From Deinococcales bacterium (GTDB taxonomy: Bacteria > Deinococcota > Deinococci > Deinococcales > JAAFIG01), in NCBI GenBank assembly GCA_043778225.1, contig JAYWGM010000020.1, positions 1 to 39,464 of the forward strand: a DNA stretch of 39,464 nt, written 5' to 3'. The notes beneath the pieces were generated by a model that saw nothing but the letters and a program-made list of their open reading frames with translations, ran no database searches and was not told where the DNA came from. Both the position numbers and the translations under genes were made by a program. How positions within the stretch are numbered: the stretch's first letter is position 1; each line of letters begins with the position of its first letter. Shown piece by piece: positions 37,064 to 39,464 of this stretch.

Positions 37064-38419
37064 ATGAAAAAATTCTTAGTGATGATATTGGCGGTTTTGT
37101 CCAGCACCGCCTGGGCGCAAAACAATCCAGCTTTTGAGGTGCGTCAGGTGGCATTACCTCTGGTTTCAGTCGGCAACGAAGTCAGTGCTGGCTTTGGGGT
37201 CGAAGATTACCGTTTGGTGGTCTCTGGCTCGAGTTTGGTGCGAACCGTGGTTGAAATTTTTAGCCCGGAAACCAATAAAGCCGATTACACCACCAACCGC
37301 AATACAGCTGCTTATTTTGGCGACGAAATGTATGGTCAAGACCCAGACTTAAAAACCACGTTCACGCTGCGTGAAGTCAGCGGACGTGCGCTGGCAAGCC
37401 GAACTTTTGGGGTCGGCGAAGAACACAACATCCAGCGCTTTTTTTCGGGAGTCTTGCGTCCGGGTAACTATAAACTCCAAGTGGTCTCCAAAGGCAATGG
37501 TAAAAATGCTTTTGCGGTGCGAGCATCCAATAATGTACGGCTCGAGGCAAGCGAATTTACCGTCAATTTGCGCGGTCAAGCCGACCAAGACCTGTTGGTT
37601 GGGTTTATTGATGTTCCTGCCAGTGGGGTTGGTCAAACCATCCAACTCAGCAACTACGATGCCGACGGCAAAGAAGAAATGCAACTGACTTTGGTCACGC
37701 CAGATGGCTCGAGCCGTGCCTTAACTTCATCCCCAGACGGGCAGTGGACAAGCGACGATATTCCCATGACCGAAGCCCTGATTGGACGTTGGCGGGTCGT
37801 GGCACGCACGCTCAGCAGCACCAAGCAATTTTCCAACTCATTTAGCTTGCGGGTGCGCTTAGGCGGCGAAGCCCTCTACACCACTTTTCCCGGTTTTCAA
37901 TCGCCAACCAATCTCAAAATCAATGCGGTCGCGCTTTCGTGTGGCTCGAGAACCGCTCTGCCCGCGCTTGAATTCAAAATCAACGGCACAAGTTTCAAAA
38001 CTGGCGATCTTATTCCAGTCACGGCGGGTCAAATCAATCTCGAGGCATTGCCCTTAGCGGGTGCAACCTTGCGCCCAGTTAAAGCCATAGCGATTCAAGA
38101 CCAAACCACCGAAATTACGCTTGAGTATGTTGTTTTGCAGCGCATTGTCTTAACCCCCAAACCGATTTCCGACAGCCAAGAACTGACCACCACGATTTCG
38201 ACTTTGTTCCCCTATGCCATTCCAACCAAAGCCGAATTGGCATTGCCAGAAGGCATCAGCAGCCCTAAGCCGCTTTCGGTCGAGGGGATGGTCTCGAGTG
38301 GTAGTCCGCTGATTTGGACTGTGCCAATTGAAAGTACCAAACCCTACACCCAAGCTCGAGCCATTGCTCGTCTTGGCAGAGATTGCGGGGGCAGTCACGC
38401 CATTTCTAGCGTCCGCTAA
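37064..38419 (+). CDS. Hypothetical secreted beta-rich protein
   Basis: Signal peptide MKKFLVMILAVLSSTAWA; 451-aa ORF; no family recognised. Confidence 0.7.
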   Translation: MKKFLVMILAVLSSTAWAQNNPAFEVRQVALPLVSVGNEVSAGFGVEDYRLVVSGSSLVRTVVEIFSPETNKADYTTNRNTAAYFGDEMYGQDPDLKTTFTLREVSGRALASRTFGVGEEHNIQRFFSGVLRPGNYKLQVVSKGNGKNAFAVRASNNVRLEASEFTVNLRGQADQDLLVGFIDVPASGVGQTIQLSNYDADGKEEMQLTLVTPDGSSRALTSSPDGQWTSDDIPMTEALIGRWRVVARTLSSTKQFSNSFSLRVRLGGEALYTTFPGFQSPTNLKINAVALSCGSRTALPALEFKINGTSFKTGDLIPVTAGQINLEALPLAGATLRPVKAIAIQDQTTEITLEYVVLQRIVLTPKPISDSQELTTTISTLFPYAIPTKAELALPEGISSPKPLSVEGMVSSGSPLIWTVPIESTKPYTQARAIARLGRDCGGSHAISSVR

Positions 38420-38427
38420 AAAAATGT

Positions 38428-38462
38428 AAAAATCGCCGCTCGAGACTCGAGCGGCGATTTTT
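38428..38462. terminator. Bidirectional terminator with two CTCGAG sites at its apex
   Basis: AAAAATCGCCGCTCGAG-a-CTCGAGCGGCGATTTTT between convergent genes. Confidence 0.85.
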
Positions 38463-38471
38463 TTGTCTGCT

Positions 38472-38723
38472 TTAAGCTGTTTTGTAAACGCCAGCTTGTT
38501 TCATTAAACGACGGGCGGTATCGCTGGCTTGTGCGCCAACCCCGAGCCAGTATTTGGCACGTTCGTTGTTGATGTTCAGCCAGTTCTCGGTGGTTTTGCG
38601 TGGGTCGTAGTGACCCAAGTTCTCGAGGTAGCCACCATCGCGTTTTTGCTTGGCATCCACGACAATTAAGCGGTAATGCGGGTTGTGGGTGTTGCCCAGA
38701 CGGGTGAGACGAATTTTGACCAT
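38472..38723 (-). CDS. rpsP: 30S ribosomal protein S16
   Basis: [20 protein letters not shown]...[13 protein letters not shown]...[16 protein letters not shown]. Confidence 0.97.
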   Translation of the reverse strand: MVKIRLTRLGNTHNPHYRLIVVDAKQKRDGGYLENLGHYDPRKTTENWLNINNERAKYWLGVGAQASDTARRLMKQAGVYKTA

Positions 38724-38952
38724 TTTTTTATACACTCCTACGCGATTTTGAGGCTGTCACGCGACGGAGCGCAACATTTCATTCGACGATTTCAGCAGCC
38801 AAGCATCTCGCCGATAGCCGAAAGAGACTAGCACCAAAGTTATTTTTTCTCAAGGGACGCTCAAGTTCGATCTCGAGGAACGTTAAGCCATACCCCTAAA
38901 ATTAGAGCGCTTTGCACACATTGACCTCACTGCAAGCGGTATGCTAGAAACC

Positions 38953-39464
38953 ATGAAACGCCCGAATATCTGGGTTGTGTTGTTGATTGCCCTCGCCTTG
39001 GTGCTGTTGGTGAGCATTAATTTGCGTCCCGGTACGTCTGCCACCAACTATGAAATCAGTCAATTTGCCGCCAAAGTCAGTTCTAAACAAGTCAAAAGTG
39101 TGCTGATTGGTCGGGTCAACAACAATTTGGTCGAACTCGAGTTTACCCTGCGCGACGCTAAACCAGACACCAAGTACCGCACCAGCACGACTGCCGACGA
39201 CAATTGGGCAAAGCCAACTTATTTGGTCGCCCAAGGCATCACTGAAGTCAGTGTCCGTGAAGCTGGCAACATCGGTTGGTTGGCATTGGCATTAAACATC
39301 GTGCCGATTTTGATTTTGGGTGCATTTTTGTGGTTTATGGTGCGTGGAATGCGAAGTGGCTCGGACGGAGCAATGAGCTTTGGGAAATCTCGAGCTAAAC
39401 AAATCGAGAAACCAAGCACCCAATTCAAAGATGTAGCTGGTTGCGACGAAGCCAAAGAAGAACT
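38953..39464 (+). CDS. ftsH: ATP-dependent zinc metalloprotease FtsH (5' part, runs off the window; absent from the ORF track)
   Basis: Manual translation: MKRPNIWVVLLIALALVLLV... second TM ...GAMSFGKSRAK...TQFKDVAGCDEAKEE. Confidence 0.93.
   Translation, partial: MKRPNIWVVLLIALALVLLVSINLRPGTSATNYEISQFAAKVSSKQVKSVLIGRVNNNLVELEFTLRDAKPDTKYRTSTTADDNWAKPTYLVAQGITEVSVREAGNIGWLALALNIVPILILGAFLWFMVRGMRSGSDGAMSFGKSRAKQIEKPSTQFKDVAGCDEAKEE

Noticed and set aside
1..39464. CTCGAG as a cloning/library artefact or a classical DNA uptake sequence
   Set aside because: Sites sit in frame within intact genes with no chimeric junctions. Known uptake sequences are longer and non-palindromic, and I see no conserved flanks around CTCGAG.

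Overview
Chromosomal window from a member of Deinococcota (probably Deinococcales). The evidence is a Deinococcus/Thermus-type S20, SpoVS, many leaderless genes and two RDRM/DdrO-like boxes, although GC looks only about 50% by eye. Contents: a Ter stress module (2x TerD + ATP-grasp) divergent from gyrA; a BON/LysM protein; plsY; a peptide ABC cluster (two tandem binding proteins, two permeases, no ATPase) with a divergent RpiR regulator and an N-succinylamino-acid racemase/OSBS; housekeeping genes (spoVS, type II pantothenate kinase, tpiA, hisF, hisIE, rlmB, rpsT, yggS, PNP, BamA, rpsP, 5' part of ftsH); and a diheme peroxidase. Two signals stand out. (1) The palindrome CTCGAG occurs about 250 times by manual tally, against about 10 expected, in all reading frames and in intergenic DNA, like a cyanobacterial HIP1. 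(2) An 8-kb SWIM / HEAT-like / MoxR-AAA / DUF5682 / VWA operon has a uracil-DNA glycosylase gene inside it and a DdrO-type operator inside its promoter, matching the box upstream of gyrA. Also present: dispersed 7-8 nt AAAGGT-type intergenic repeats, GTAG-type REP hairpins, 24-25 bp tandem duplications at gene boundaries, and a paired candidate RpiR operator. No rRNA, tRNA, CRISPR array or transposase was found. All assignments come from motif recognition by eye; no database searches were run.
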